A DNA stretch of 62,639 bases from an uncultured Clostridia bacterium. Its GTDB lineage: Bacteria > Bacillota > Clostridia > Christensenellales > Borkfalkiaceae. Of this stretch, positions 1 to 8,422 are shown piece by piece. Under the pieces are notes generated by a model that was given only the letters and a program-made list of their open reading frames with translations, ran no database searches and had not been told where the DNA came from. Location: the NCBI GenBank assembly GCA_947628555.1, contig CANRAI010000001.1, positions 1 to 62,639 on the forward strand, written 5' to 3'. Position numbers and translations under genes: made by a program. Within the stretch, counting starts at the first letter, position 1. Each line of letters starts with the position of its first letter.

Positions 1-152
1 TTTATTTTACAAAAAACCTGTTGATTTATTTAACTTTTTTATTTCTAACTGTTGCACTTAGTTTGACAATTCAATTTGCTTATAGTTTACGTTTTTAAAA
101 GACCTTTTAATGCATTTAAGGTTAAAAAACCTTTAATTTCAATCGGAAAGAT

Positions 153-638
153 TCAATGCCGCTTGTCGTAAGCCAACGCTTCGGATTTTTCACGCATTAT
201 ATATCCGAGAAAGCCTTCGCAGCCGTCGCGGATATCCGAATACGCCCGCCCGAAATCGCGTGTGTACCATGGGTCGGCTATGTCGCGCGGGTTCGCGGTA
301 AAAGAACAGAGTTTAAAAATCTTTTCCCCAAATTTCCCGCCCGTAAGGCGAAGCACGTCCATTAAATTCATACTGTCCATTACGAGCACGTAATCGGCGT
401 TAATAACATCCCGCAGGGTAAGCTGCCGCGCGGTATGCCCTTCTTTTATGCCGTGGGCTTCAAGAGTTTTCTTCGCAGGGGTATATACGGGATTGCCCGT
501 TTCCTCGTCCGACGTTCCGAAAGAGGAGACGTTAAAGCTTAAAGACAGCCCCCTTTCCTCTACCATTTTTTTAAAAATAAGTTCCGCCATAGGCGAACGG
601 CAGATATTGCCCAGACAGACAAAAATTACGGATATCAT
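153..638 (-). CDS. low-molecular-weight protein tyrosine/arginine phosphatase (LMW-PTP family)
   Basis: 161 aa ORF. It has the N-terminal P-loop VCLGNICRSP (C-X5-R-S) and a DPWY Asp loop, both typical of LMW-PTP/YwlE-like enzymes. Confidence 0.85.
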   Translation of the reverse strand: MISVIFVCLGNICRSPMAELIFKKMVEERGLSLSFNVSSFGTSDEETGNPVYTPAKKTLEAHGIKEGHTARQLTLRDVINADYVLVMDSMNLMDVLRLTGGKFGEKIFKLCSFTANPRDIADPWYTRDFGRAYSDIRDGCEGFLGYIMREKSEALAYDKRH

Positions 639-1223
639 TTAATCGCCTATTTTAAGCTTCTGCCAGGGCGTGCCGTCGGGTTTGTAGCCTTCGAGATAAT
701 CAAGTAATTCGTCGTCGGAAGTGAAATATGTGTACATTTCATACGCCTTAAAAGTGATGAACTTGCGTTCCGCCACTTCAAGCATAAATTTTTCAAGATT
801 GTCGTAATAGCCGTCGATATTGAATATTGCTATCGCCTTTTCGTGCCTGCCCAGCTGTTTTAAAGTGAGCACTTCGAAAAATTCCTCGAAAGTGCCGATG
901 CCGCCGGGAACGATTATAAAAGCTTCCGCCTCGTCCTCCATAGTCTTTTTGCGCTCCGACATGGTATCGGTGTAAGTAATTTCATCACATTCGGCAAAGA
1001 GCTGCTCTATACCCTCGTCGCGGAAAAATTTGGGAACTACGCCGTGAACTCTGCCTCCGCCCCGCTTCACTCCGCGTGCCGCCGCGCCCATAAGTCCCGA
1101 AGCGCCACAACCGAAAACGAGGGAATGTCCGCGTTTTGCAAGTTTTTCCCCAAGCTGTTCGACGTAATCTATATATTTTTTATCGATGTGCGCGCTTGCC
1201 GCGCCGAAAACGCATATTTTCAT
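639..1223 (-). CDS. LOG family protein (TIGR00730-type Rossmann fold, cytokinin riboside 5'-monophosphate phosphoribohydrolase-like)
   Basis: 194 aa. Motifs GCGASGLMG and PGGIGTFEE are diagnostic of LOG/YvdD-like proteins. An SD (GGAGA) lies upstream of the ATG at 1223, and the gene abuts the phosphatase gene. Confidence 0.8.
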   Translation of the reverse strand: MKICVFGAASAHIDKKYIDYVEQLGEKLAKRGHSLVFGCGASGLMGAAARGVKRGGGRVHGVVPKFFRDEGIEQLFAECDEITYTDTMSERKKTMEDEAEAFIIVPGGIGTFEEFFEVLTLKQLGRHEKAIAIFNIDGYYDNLEKFMLEVAERKFITFKAYEMYTYFTSDDELLDYLEGYKPDGTPWQKLKIGD

Positions 1224-1354
1224 GATGTCTCCAAAGTACGGTTACTTTTATATTATATTTATTCTGCGCGGTTTTGTCAATTGAAATCGCAATCACCTTC
1301 CGCGCCTAAACGCCTCGGGCGGGATTTTCATATTATGGATTAGGGGGTGATTTT

Positions 1355-1762
1355 ATGGAATGGCAGCACATTCTTTGGTCGGCTCTCGGTATAATCGTAA
1401 CTGCGCTTGTAAGCTGGCTTGTGCACAGGCTTACGGCCTTCCTGAACGCAAAAATCAAGGACGCCGAGGCGTTAAAATTGCTGAACGAGGCGCTGGATAT
1501 AATTTCGGGCGTAGTCAAAAGCACCTACCAGACCTACGTCGAGGAGCTGAAAAACAAAGGCGCGTTTGATGAAAGCGCGCAAAAAACCGCTCTTGAAGCG
1601 GCGGTAAAAGCCGCCGAAACGAAGATGTCAGACGGCGTTAAAAAATATATCACCGAAAACTTCGGCGAGCTGACAAGCTGGATTGAAGGACAAATCGAAT
1701 CTACCCTTTACGATTTGAAAAAGGGCAGCAAAAGCGTGGAAAGCTGTAAAAACAAAGCTTAA
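1355..1762 (+). CDS. small membrane protein, phage holin-like (Holin_LLH-like architecture)
   Basis: 135 aa with one N-terminal TM helix (ILWSALGIIVTALVSWLV) followed by a charged alpha-helical tail. A strong SD (AGGGGGTG) precedes the ATG. The resemblance to LL-H type holins is from memory only. Confidence 0.45.
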   Translation: MEWQHILWSALGIIVTALVSWLVHRLTAFLNAKIKDAEALKLLNEALDIISGVVKSTYQTYVEELKNKGAFDESAQKTALEAAVKAAETKMSDGVKKYITENFGELTSWIEGQIESTLYDLKKGSKSVESCKNKA

Positions 1763-1949
1763 CCCGCTGCCCGTCCGCTATTTACGGACGGGTACATAAC
1801 GGACTGAAATTTTTTCCGCAGTTAACGCGTAGCACAAGGCAAGCGCAGTTTTACGCCGTATTGCGCCGCAAATATGCGGCTGAAACCAAAAGCCCTTCGG
1901 GCTTCGGTTCGTCGGGACTTCAAGTCCTTTTCGCTATTCTGTGTCCGTC

Positions 1950-1985
1950 AAAAGCGCCCAAAGGCGTTCAGCCTTTGGGCGCTTT
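1950..1985 (-). terminator. intrinsic terminator of ssrA
   Basis: On the minus strand, a 12-bp GC-rich stem (GCGCCCAAAGGC / GCCTTTGGGCGC) follows directly after the tmRNA CCA end. It has a 5-nt loop and is followed by TTTT. Confidence 0.7.
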
Positions 1986-2378
1986 TGGTGGACCAGTCGG
2001 GACTTGCACCCGAGTCTTACATAGTTCGGAAAAGACTTCTACATACTTATTCCGCCTTTAAACTTGACCGTATTCCCCGGCGGACGGGGAGAATATCGGC
2101 GCATACCGCGTAAAAATTTCGCCTTATGAATCGCACGGCAGGCAATCTGAGGGCTATCCGTTTAATTAACGCCCGAAACCGCCAACGGAGCGCGGCTGCG
2201 GACGGACCGCTTTAAGTTAAGCGGCGCAAGCGGCGAAGCTTCCCGCATTGAATGCAGGGAAAGCTACAACCTTTTCAGAATTATTTTCTGCGTTTAAATT
2301 TAAATTCCGTTTTTACAAAGCCGAGCCTTTGGTATGCTTCTCCTTTCCTCCCTGCGCAATCGAATCTGGAACTGGCCC
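1986..2378 (-). ncRNA. ssrA: tmRNA (SsrA)
   Basis: The minus-strand RNA starts GGGCCAGTTCCAGATTCGAT (cf. the conserved GGGG...GGATTCGAC) and ends CTCGGGTGCAAGTCCCGACTGGTCCACCA. The 7-bp acceptor stem has a G3:U70 wobble and discriminator A73, which are Ala identity elements. A T-arm is present. An internal tag ORF (2217-2291) starts GCA and ends GCC GCT TAA. Length is about 393 nt. Confidence 0.85.
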
Positions 2379-2399
2379 GTAAATTTTTACGGTAACAAT

Positions 2400-2429
2400 A
2401 TTATATAGTGTCGGGCGATAAAAAATCAA
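2400..2429 (-). promoter_or_regulatory. putative sigma-A promoter for ssrA
   Basis: Minus strand reads TTGATT, an 18-nt spacer, then TATAAT. It sits about 20 nt upstream of the mature tmRNA 5' end, consistent with RNase P processing of a short leader. Confidence 0.4.
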
Positions 2430-2449
2430 GCGCTTTATTTTGTTTTTTA

Positions 2450-2478
2450 TTGACAATTTTGCCTAATTGTTTTAAATT
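2450..2478 (+). promoter_or_regulatory. putative sigma-A promoter for fruK (would give a leaderless transcript)
   Basis: TTGACA (2450-2455), a 17-nt spacer, then TAAATT (2473-2478). The fruK ATG is at 2485, 7 nt after the -10 element, with no SD. Confidence 0.5.
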
Positions 2479-2484
2479 TAATGT

Positions 2485-3396
2485 ATGATTTACACGGTTA
2501 CTTTTAATCCGTCGCTGGATTATTACGTAAAAGTGAATAGTCTTAAAAGCGGAATAGTCAACCGTACTGCTGACGAAAGACTGACTATGGGCGGCAAAGG
2601 GCTGAATGTTTCGCTTGCCCTGAACGAGTTGGGCGACGAAAACAAGGCCTTTGCGTTCGTGGCGGGATTTACGGGGAAATTTATAAAAGAACGGGCTATA
2701 TCCCTCGGGTTAAACTGCCATTTTATAAACGTATCGGGGCAAAACCGCATCAACGTTAAAATCAAAAGCAACATAGAAACGGACATAAACGGGTCGGGGG
2801 CGAATGTCTTTCAAAAGGACGTAGATAAGCTTGCGCATAAACTGAAAACTCTTTTAAAGGCGGGCGACTGGTTGATTGTAAGCGGAAGCGTTCCCTCCAC
2901 CCTCAAAGATTCGGTTTACGCCGACCTTTTAAAACACATTAACATAAACGAAAGCGTAAAGACGGTAATCGACGCAAGCGGAAACCTGCTTACGCAAACG
3001 CTTAAATACAAACCGTTCCTTATAAAGCCCAACATCTACGAAATGTGCGAAATCTTCGGGCTGAAAACAGTGCCGGACATAGAGGGCGTGTTCGCTTACG
3101 CGCGGAAATTCCGTGAAATGGGGGCGCGTAACGTCATAGTTTCAATGGGAAGTTCGGGCGCAGCTATGGTGACCGAAACGGAGCAGGCCCTGTACGTACG
3201 CGCCGCGAGAGGTCAGCTTATAAATTCCGTCGGCGCGGGAGATTCGCTTATCGCAGGCTTCATACACGAATTTATAAGTACGGGCAGTTATTTTTCGGCT
3301 TTGAATTTCGGCGCGGCGGCGGGAAGCGCGTGCGCTTTCACAAAAAATATCGCCACGCGCGAACAGATAGCAAGCGTGGAAAAAATTATGTTATGA
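2485..3396 (+). CDS. fruK: 1-phosphofructokinase / tagatose-6-phosphate kinase (PfkB family)
   Basis: 303 aa. It has the canonical FruK N-terminus MIYTVTFNPSLDY, and the GAGDS motif (SVGAGDSLIAGF) of the PfkB ribokinase superfamily. Confidence 0.85.
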   Translation: MIYTVTFNPSLDYYVKVNSLKSGIVNRTADERLTMGGKGLNVSLALNELGDENKAFAFVAGFTGKFIKERAISLGLNCHFINVSGQNRINVKIKSNIETDINGSGANVFQKDVDKLAHKLKTLLKAGDWLIVSGSVPSTLKDSVYADLLKHININESVKTVIDASGNLLTQTLKYKPFLIKPNIYEMCEIFGLKTVPDIEGVFAYARKFREMGARNVIVSMGSSGAAMVTETEQALYVRAARGQLINSVGAGDSLIAGFIHEFISTGSYFSALNFGAAAGSACAFTKNIATREQIASVEKIML

Positions 3397-3866
3397 TAAA
3401 ATTGTATTGCACATATGCGGATACATCGGAAGAACGGCTTAAAAACGTTTTAAAAGCATACGTACCCGCAGATTTTACGATTTCACGCACTCCTCTCGGC
3501 AAACCGTATATAGAGGGGAATCCAGTTTATTTTTCCTTAACCCACAGCGAAAACAGGGCTTTGATAGCGCTTTCCGACAAGCCTGTGGGGGTTGACCTGG
3601 AAATTTACCGAGGACGGGACCGGGAAAGCGTTGTTGCCCGCTGGTCTGAAAGCGAGAAAGCCGAAATTTCAGGCGAAAAAGACTTTTTAAAGCATTGGAC
3701 CGCGCGCGAAGCGTATATAAAGCTTTACGGGTATTCCTTGGCAAAAATGTTGAAACGTGTTGAGTTTTGCGGCGGAAAATTGCTGTTTGACGGCGAACCG
3801 CAGGAAATTTTTCTGCGGCATTACGACTTAGGTTACGGAATGGCGGCGGTCTGCACGGAAAATTAG
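3393..3866 (+). CDS. 4'-phosphopantetheinyl transferase (Sfp-type, compact)
   Basis: Motifs PLGKPYI, FSLTHSE, VGVDLE and WTAREAYIKL match the Sfp/EntD PPTase signature. The start ATG at 3393 overlaps the fruK stop (ATGA). The longer ORF from 3330 has no support. Confidence 0.75.
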   Translation: MIKLYCTYADTSEERLKNVLKAYVPADFTISRTPLGKPYIEGNPVYFSLTHSENRALIALSDKPVGVDLEIYRGRDRESVVARWSESEKAEISGEKDFLKHWTAREAYIKLYGYSLAKMLKRVEFCGGKLLFDGEPQEIFLRHYDLGYGMAAVCTEN

Positions 3867-3901
3867 TTTTTTTAAAATGGCAAAAAAATAATTCTTATCA
3901 A

Positions 3902-3929
3902 AAAACGGCGGAAGCCGTTTTATTTTTTT
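3902..3929 (+). terminator. intrinsic terminator after the fruK-PPTase pair
   Basis: Hairpin AAAACGGC-GGAA-GCCGTTTT followed by ATTTTTTT. Confidence 0.6.
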
Positions 3930-3938
3930 GTCAGATTA

Positions 3939-3967
3939 TTGCCAAACCGCGCGTATTTTGTTATAAT
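3939..3967 (+). promoter_or_regulatory. putative sigma-A promoter (would give a leaderless transcript of the nucleosidase gene)
   Basis: TTGCCA, a 17-nt spacer, then TATAAT (3962-3967). The ATG is at 3974, 7 nt after the -10 element, with no SD. Confidence 0.55.
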
Positions 3968-3973
3968 ACAGTT

Positions 3974-4627
3974 ATGAAATGTTTTATTATCGCTATGCCC
4001 AAAGAGGCAAATCCCGTCATCGAAGCCATGAAAATCCAAAAAGATAAAATTTTTAACGATAAACGCGCCGTCTATGGCACGCTTTACGGCGCCGAAACGG
4101 CGGTCGTTATCTGCGGAGTGGGCAAGGTAAACGCGGCAAGCGGCACGCAGTTCGCCATAGATTGCCTCGGCGCGACAAAAATAATAAATTTGGGTGTTGC
4201 GGGCGGGCTTAATCCGTCCGTCGAGGTGGGAAAAATTTACTCCGTTTCCGAAGTCGTTCAGTACGACTTCGACTTAACCCAGCTTAACGGCACGAAAATC
4301 GGCACGCTTGACGAATGTACGGAAAACTACCTTCCGCTTATTACGGCAGACGGCTTTGAAAAGCGGCGGGTTGCCACGGGCGACCGCTTCAACGACAATC
4401 CCGACGACTATAAGCTTCTTACAAAGGAATTGAACGCGGATATACGCGAGATGGAGCTGGGCGCGATTGCGCAGGTGTGCATGCACGCAAATCTGCCGTG
4501 CAGCGCATTTAAGATAATTTCCGACATCGCTGGAAGCGGCTCCACGACAGAACAATATCTGAAAAATCTTGATACGTGTTTCGTTTCTTTAAAAAATAAC
4601 CTTGAAAAAATTATAAAATCGGTGTGA
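3974..4627 (+). CDS. 5'-methylthioadenosine/S-adenosylhomocysteine nucleosidase family protein (PNP_UDP_1 fold)
   Basis: 217 aa. Motifs GVGKVNAA, LGVAGG, TGDRF and EMELGAIAQVC are typical of MtnN/Pfs-like nucleosidases. Confidence 0.75.
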   Translation: MKCFIIAMPKEANPVIEAMKIQKDKIFNDKRAVYGTLYGAETAVVICGVGKVNAASGTQFAIDCLGATKIINLGVAGGLNPSVEVGKIYSVSEVVQYDFDLTQLNGTKIGTLDECTENYLPLITADGFEKRRVATGDRFNDNPDDYKLLTKELNADIREMELGAIAQVCMHANLPCSAFKIISDIAGSGSTTEQYLKNLDTCFVSLKNNLEKIIKSV

Positions 4628-4628
4628 T

Positions 4629-5303
4629 ATGAAACCTTTAAACGGCGGCTGGGACGAGCTGTTGGCTCCCCTTTTCAGCGACGATAGATATCTTAAAATA
4701 CGCGAATTTTTAAAAGACGAATACTCCCACCATACAGTCTATCCTGATATGTACGATTTGTACAACTGTTTCCGCTTTACGCCTTTCGAAAGCCTTAAAG
4801 CGGTGCTCCTCGGGCAAGACCCCTACCACGAGCCTGGGCAGGCGCACGGGCTGTGTTTTTCAGTGAAAAAGGGCGTGCCCCTTCCCCCGTCGCTGCAAAA
4901 TATCTACAAAGAGATTGAAAACGACCTTAAAATAAAAGAGCCCGACTGCGGCGACTTGACGAAGTGGGCGAAAGAGGGCGTGTTGCTTCTGAACACGACG
5001 CTTACGGTGCGCGCGCACGCCGCAAATTCGCACTCTAAATGCGGCTGGGCGTGGTTTACGGACAACGTAATAAAGCTGATTTCGGACAAAACTACGGGTA
5101 CGGTATTCATTTTATGGGGCGGAAACGCGCGTAGCAAAGCGCCGCTTATAGACGGAAGCAAGCATTTGATTTTACAATGCGCGCATCCTTCCCCCCTTTC
5201 CGCTTACAACGGTTTTTTCGGTTGCAAACATTTTTCAAAGACCAACGAATACCTTATATCCCAAGGGAAAACGCCCATAGACTGGGATTTGAATGAACGA
5301 TAA
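4629..5303 (+). CDS. ung: uracil-DNA glycosylase
   Basis: 224 aa with the family-1 UDG motifs GQDPYH and HPSPLS. Confidence 0.9.
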   Translation: MKPLNGGWDELLAPLFSDDRYLKIREFLKDEYSHHTVYPDMYDLYNCFRFTPFESLKAVLLGQDPYHEPGQAHGLCFSVKKGVPLPPSLQNIYKEIENDLKIKEPDCGDLTKWAKEGVLLLNTTLTVRAHAANSHSKCGWAWFTDNVIKLISDKTTGTVFILWGGNARSKAPLIDGSKHLILQCAHPSPLSAYNGFFGCKHFSKTNEYLISQGKTPIDWDLNER

Positions 5304-5330
5304 ACGGCTTAATTGTAATGCTTATAAGTA

Positions 5331-5367
5331 AAAAAATGCGGAAAACTTACACGTTCCCGCATTTTTT
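5331..5367. terminator. bidirectional hairpin between convergent ung and engB
   Basis: A-run, stem ATGCGG / CCGCAT, then a T-run. It lies between two convergent stop codons. Confidence 0.45.
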
Positions 5368-5371
5368 ATAT

Positions 5372-5959
5372 CTATTCACAGCCTTCGATGACTTGGGATA
5401 TCTTTTCAAGCGTCTTATCCAGCCCGAAACGGGTTTGGGCGGACGTTACCAGCACATTGCCCGCGCCGCATTTGAATGTCGCCGCGATATTTATAACGCT
5501 ACGCTGTATCTGTGCGCGGGAAAGCTTATCCGCCTTGGTTGCGACTATCGTAAATGGAATGATATGGTAGTTGAGAAATTCTATCATCTGTCTGTCGTCG
5601 GCGGTGGGGTCGTGGCGGATATCCACAAGCGAAAAAACGTGGGCTATCGACTCCTTTTCAGCGAAAAAATTTTCCAAAAGCCGACCCCATCTGTCCTTTT
5701 CTTCCTTTGAAACGCGGGCGTAACCGTAACCGGGCAAATCCGCCAAAATAAATTCGCCCATGTCAAAATAATTGACAAGCCGCGTCCTGCCCGGGTCTTT
5801 GGAAACCTTGGCAAGCTTTTTTTCGTTGGCGAGCATATTTATAAAGCTGGATTTGCCGACGTTCGACTTGCCGCATACGGCGATTACCGGCTTTTCCGTT
5901 CTGAGAAACTGTGATTCGTTTGCCGCGCTTAAAAGAAATTTCGCATTTATCTTTATCAT
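5372..5959 (-). CDS. engB: ribosome biogenesis GTP-binding protein YsxC/EngB
   Basis: 195 aa. It has the G1 motif GKSNVGKSSFIN and the G3 motif DLPGYG. Its position downstream of lon matches the arrangement in Bacillus. Confidence 0.9.
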   Translation of the reverse strand: MIKINAKFLLSAANESQFLRTEKPVIAVCGKSNVGKSSFINMLANEKKLAKVSKDPGRTRLVNYFDMGEFILADLPGYGYARVSKEEKDRWGRLLENFFAEKESIAHVFSLVDIRHDPTADDRQMIEFLNYHIIPFTIVATKADKLSRAQIQRSVINIAATFKCGAGNVLVTSAQTRFGLDKTLEKISQVIEGCE

Positions 5960-5976
5960 TTTGTTTAACCCTATAT

Positions 5977-6003
5977 GCCCGCCGGCGGAAACCGCCGGCG
6001 GGC
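5977..6003 (-). other. GC-rich hairpin between lon and engB without a U-tract
   Basis: 12-bp perfect stem GCCCGCCGGCGG / CCGCCGGCGGGC with a 3-nt loop. No T-run follows on the minus strand, so this may be a processing or stability element, or a partial terminator. Confidence 0.5.
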
Positions 6004-6015
6004 TTTAATTTAATT

Positions 6016-8325
6016 TTAAATACCTATTATAGCGTTTTTGAACACCGCGGCCACGTCGGTGACGGGGATGAAATGCAGCTTTTCCCTTATATTTTCGGGA
6101 ATTTCTTCCAAATCCTTTTTGTTGTCGGCCGGAATTATTACGTCCTTTACGCCGACACGGTAGGCTGCAAGCGCCTTTTCCTTCAACCCGCCTATCGGCA
6201 GGACTTTGCCGCGGAGAGTTATTTCACCCGTCATCGCAACCGAGCTTTTGACGGGTTTACCCGTAAACGCCGAAAGTATTGCCGTAGCCATTGTAATTCC
6301 AGCGCTCGGACCGTCCTTGGGCGTCGCGCCCTCGGGCACGTGAATGTGTATATCCGTCGTTTCGAACGTCTGACTGTCGATACCGTACGCCTGCGAGTTG
6401 GCGCGTATATAGCTTATTGCCGCGCGGGCGCTCTCCTTCATAACGTCGCCCAGCTTGCCGGTAAGCAGAATGTCTCCCTTGCCGTGCATTGCGGAAACTT
6501 CAATTGTCAGGGTTGTGCCGCCCACTGCCGTCCAGGCGAGCCCCGTAGCCGCGCCGACCTCGTCGGAGGCTATAAAGTTGTCCCTGTCAAACCTTTTTGC
6601 GCCGAGCATTTCGCCCACGCCTTCCGCGGTGACCGTTATGCTTTCCACAACGCCCGAAGCAAGCTTTACCGCCGCCTTGCGGCAGACTGCGTCGATATTC
6701 CTTTCAAGATTTCTGACCCCCGCTTCCAGGGTGTAGCCGTTTATAATCTCGTCTATGGCTTCGTCGGTTACGGTAAGCTGTTCCTTTCTCACTCCGTTAG
6801 CCTCCCGTCGCTTATCCACAAGATAGCGCTTTGCGATTTCACGCTTTTCCTCCTGTGTGTAGCCGTTCAGCTCTATGACTTCCATTCTGTCGAGAAGAGG
6901 CCTCGGAACGGTGTCCAGCCCGTTGGCTGTGGTTATGAATAAAACCTTGCTTAAATCGTAGGGAAGTTCGAGATATCTGTCGCGGAAAGTGGAGTTCTGG
7001 GCAGGGTCGAGCACTTCCAGAAGCGCGCTGGCGGGGTCGCCGCGCATATCCGAGGACAGCTTGTCAATTTCGTCCAGAAGGAACACGGGATTGCTTGTGC
7101 CCGCCGTTTTTATCCCCGCGATTATCCTGCCCGGAAGCGCGCCTACATAGGTCTTGCGGTGTCCGCGAATCTCCGATTCGTCCTTTACTCCTCCCAAAGA
7201 CATTCTTACGAATTTTCTGCCGAGAGCGCGGGCGATTGAGCTTGCAATAGAAGTCTTGCCGACGCCGGGAGGCCCTACGAAACACAAAATAGGCGCGTTC
7301 ATTCCCCCGGTAAGCTGCAAAACGGCAAGATACTCGGTTATTCTCTCTTTGATTTTTTCAAGTCCATAGTGGTCTTGGTTCAGCACCTTTACGGCTTCGT
7401 TCAAATCCTTTGTATCCTCGGTCGTAACCGACCAGGGCAAGTCGAGAAGCCAGTCGATGTACATTCTGAGAACGTTGTAATCGGGCGAGGACGGCTGCAT
7501 TTTGCTCATTCTCGACAGCTCTTTAAGCGCCTTTTCCTCTACCTCGGCGGGCATGCGGCGCTCCTTTATCCTGCGTTCGAGCTCCGTCTTTTCTTCCTCG
7601 TCGTCGCCGAGTTCGGTGTGTATGGCTTTCAACTGCTCGCGCAGGAAATATTCCTTTTGGTTTTTATCTATATTCTGGCGGACCATGGCGTTGATTTTGC
7701 GTTCAAGGCGCACAATTTCAAGCTCTTCGTTGAGAATCGTATCAAGCATTTTAAGCCGCTCGATAAGGCGGCTACATTCGAGAAGCGCCTGCTTCTGCTC
7801 CACGTTTATCCTGAGATTATGCCCCGCGATATTCACAAGTTGGTCGGGGTCGGGGCAGAGTTCGAGTTCGGCTGCAACATTTTTGGGAATACGCGTTTCC
7901 GTCTGGCAGATTTCGTGCACCATATCCTTCGAAGTGCGGAAGTACGCTTCTTCAAGCTGACTGTCCGAACGGACGGTTTCCAGTTTCTCGACGTCGGAAA
8001 GCATACAGCCATCGACTTCCTCTACGCGCACCGCGGTAGCCCTGAACAGGCCTTCGACAAAAATCCTGACGGTGTTGCCCGGCAGGCGCGTGACCTGCCT
8101 GAGCTTGCAGACCACGCCGACGGCATAGAGGTCGTCGGGAACAATCTGCTCCTTTTCGGCTGTCCTCTGCGCCACGACGAAAAGGTAGGTATCCCCTTCG
8201 GAAGCGTACCTTACGGCGTTTAACGAAACGGGTCTGCCCACGTCGAACGAGGGTGCGGTATCGGGAAATACTACCCTGCCGCGTAAAGCGAGAGTGGGCA
8301 CTCTTTCAATTGTCGTTTTTGCCAT
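6016..8325 (-). CDS. lon: ATP-dependent Lon protease (LonA)
   Basis: It has a Lon N-domain, Walker [10 protein letters not shown], and the proteolytic Ser motif PKDGPSAG. The start is placed at the ATG at 8325 (MAKTT...), which has an AGGAGA SD 5 nt upstream. The track ORF starts 24 nt further upstream. Confidence 0.95.
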   Translation of the reverse strand: MAKTTIERVPTLALRGRVVFPDTAPSFDVGRPVSLNAVRYASEGDTYLFVVAQRTAEKEQIVPDDLYAVGVVCKLRQVTRLPGNTVRIFVEGLFRATAVRVEEVDGCMLSDVEKLETVRSDSQLEEAYFRTSKDMVHEICQTETRIPKNVAAELELCPDPDQLVNIAGHNLRINVEQKQALLECSRLIERLKMLDTILNEELEIVRLERKINAMVRQNIDKNQKEYFLREQLKAIHTELGDDEEEKTELERRIKERRMPAEVEEKALKELSRMSKMQPSSPDYNVLRMYIDWLLDLPWSVTTEDTKDLNEAVKVLNQDHYGLEKIKERITEYLAVLQLTGGMNAPILCFVGPPGVGKTSIASSIARALGRKFVRMSLGGVKDESEIRGHRKTYVGALPGRIIAGIKTAGTSNPVFLLDEIDKLSSDMRGDPASALLEVLDPAQNSTFRDRYLELPYDLSKVLFITTANGLDTVPRPLLDRMEVIELNGYTQEEKREIAKRYLVDKRREANGVRKEQLTVTDEAIDEIINGYTLEAGVRNLERNIDAVCRKAAVKLASGVVESITVTAEGVGEMLGAKRFDRDNFIASDEVGAATGLAWTAVGGTTLTIEVSAMHGKGDILLTGKLGDVMKESARAAISYIRANSQAYGIDSQTFETTDIHIHVPEGATPKDGPSAGITMATAILSAFTGKPVKSSVAMTGEITLRGKVLPIGGLKEKALAAYRVGVKDVIIPADNKKDLEEIPENIREKLHFIPVTDVAAVFKNAIIGI

Positions 8326-8422
8326 TTCATCTCCTTGAATAAAGCGCAATTTCTCCTTGGAAGAAATTGCGCGTCAGCTGTTATTTTATGCAAATTTGCA
8401 ATACGTATTGGGTTTTTCCAGC

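Noticed and set aside
5911-8223. Long plus-strand ORFs (5911-6942, 343 aa; 7369-8223, 284 aa; 7502-7960) lying opposite lon.
   Set aside because: They are entirely antisense to a high-confidence lon gene. Their translations are Arg/Gly/Ala/Phe-rich with no motifs and no RBS. This is the typical stop-poor shadow frame of a GC-biased coding region.
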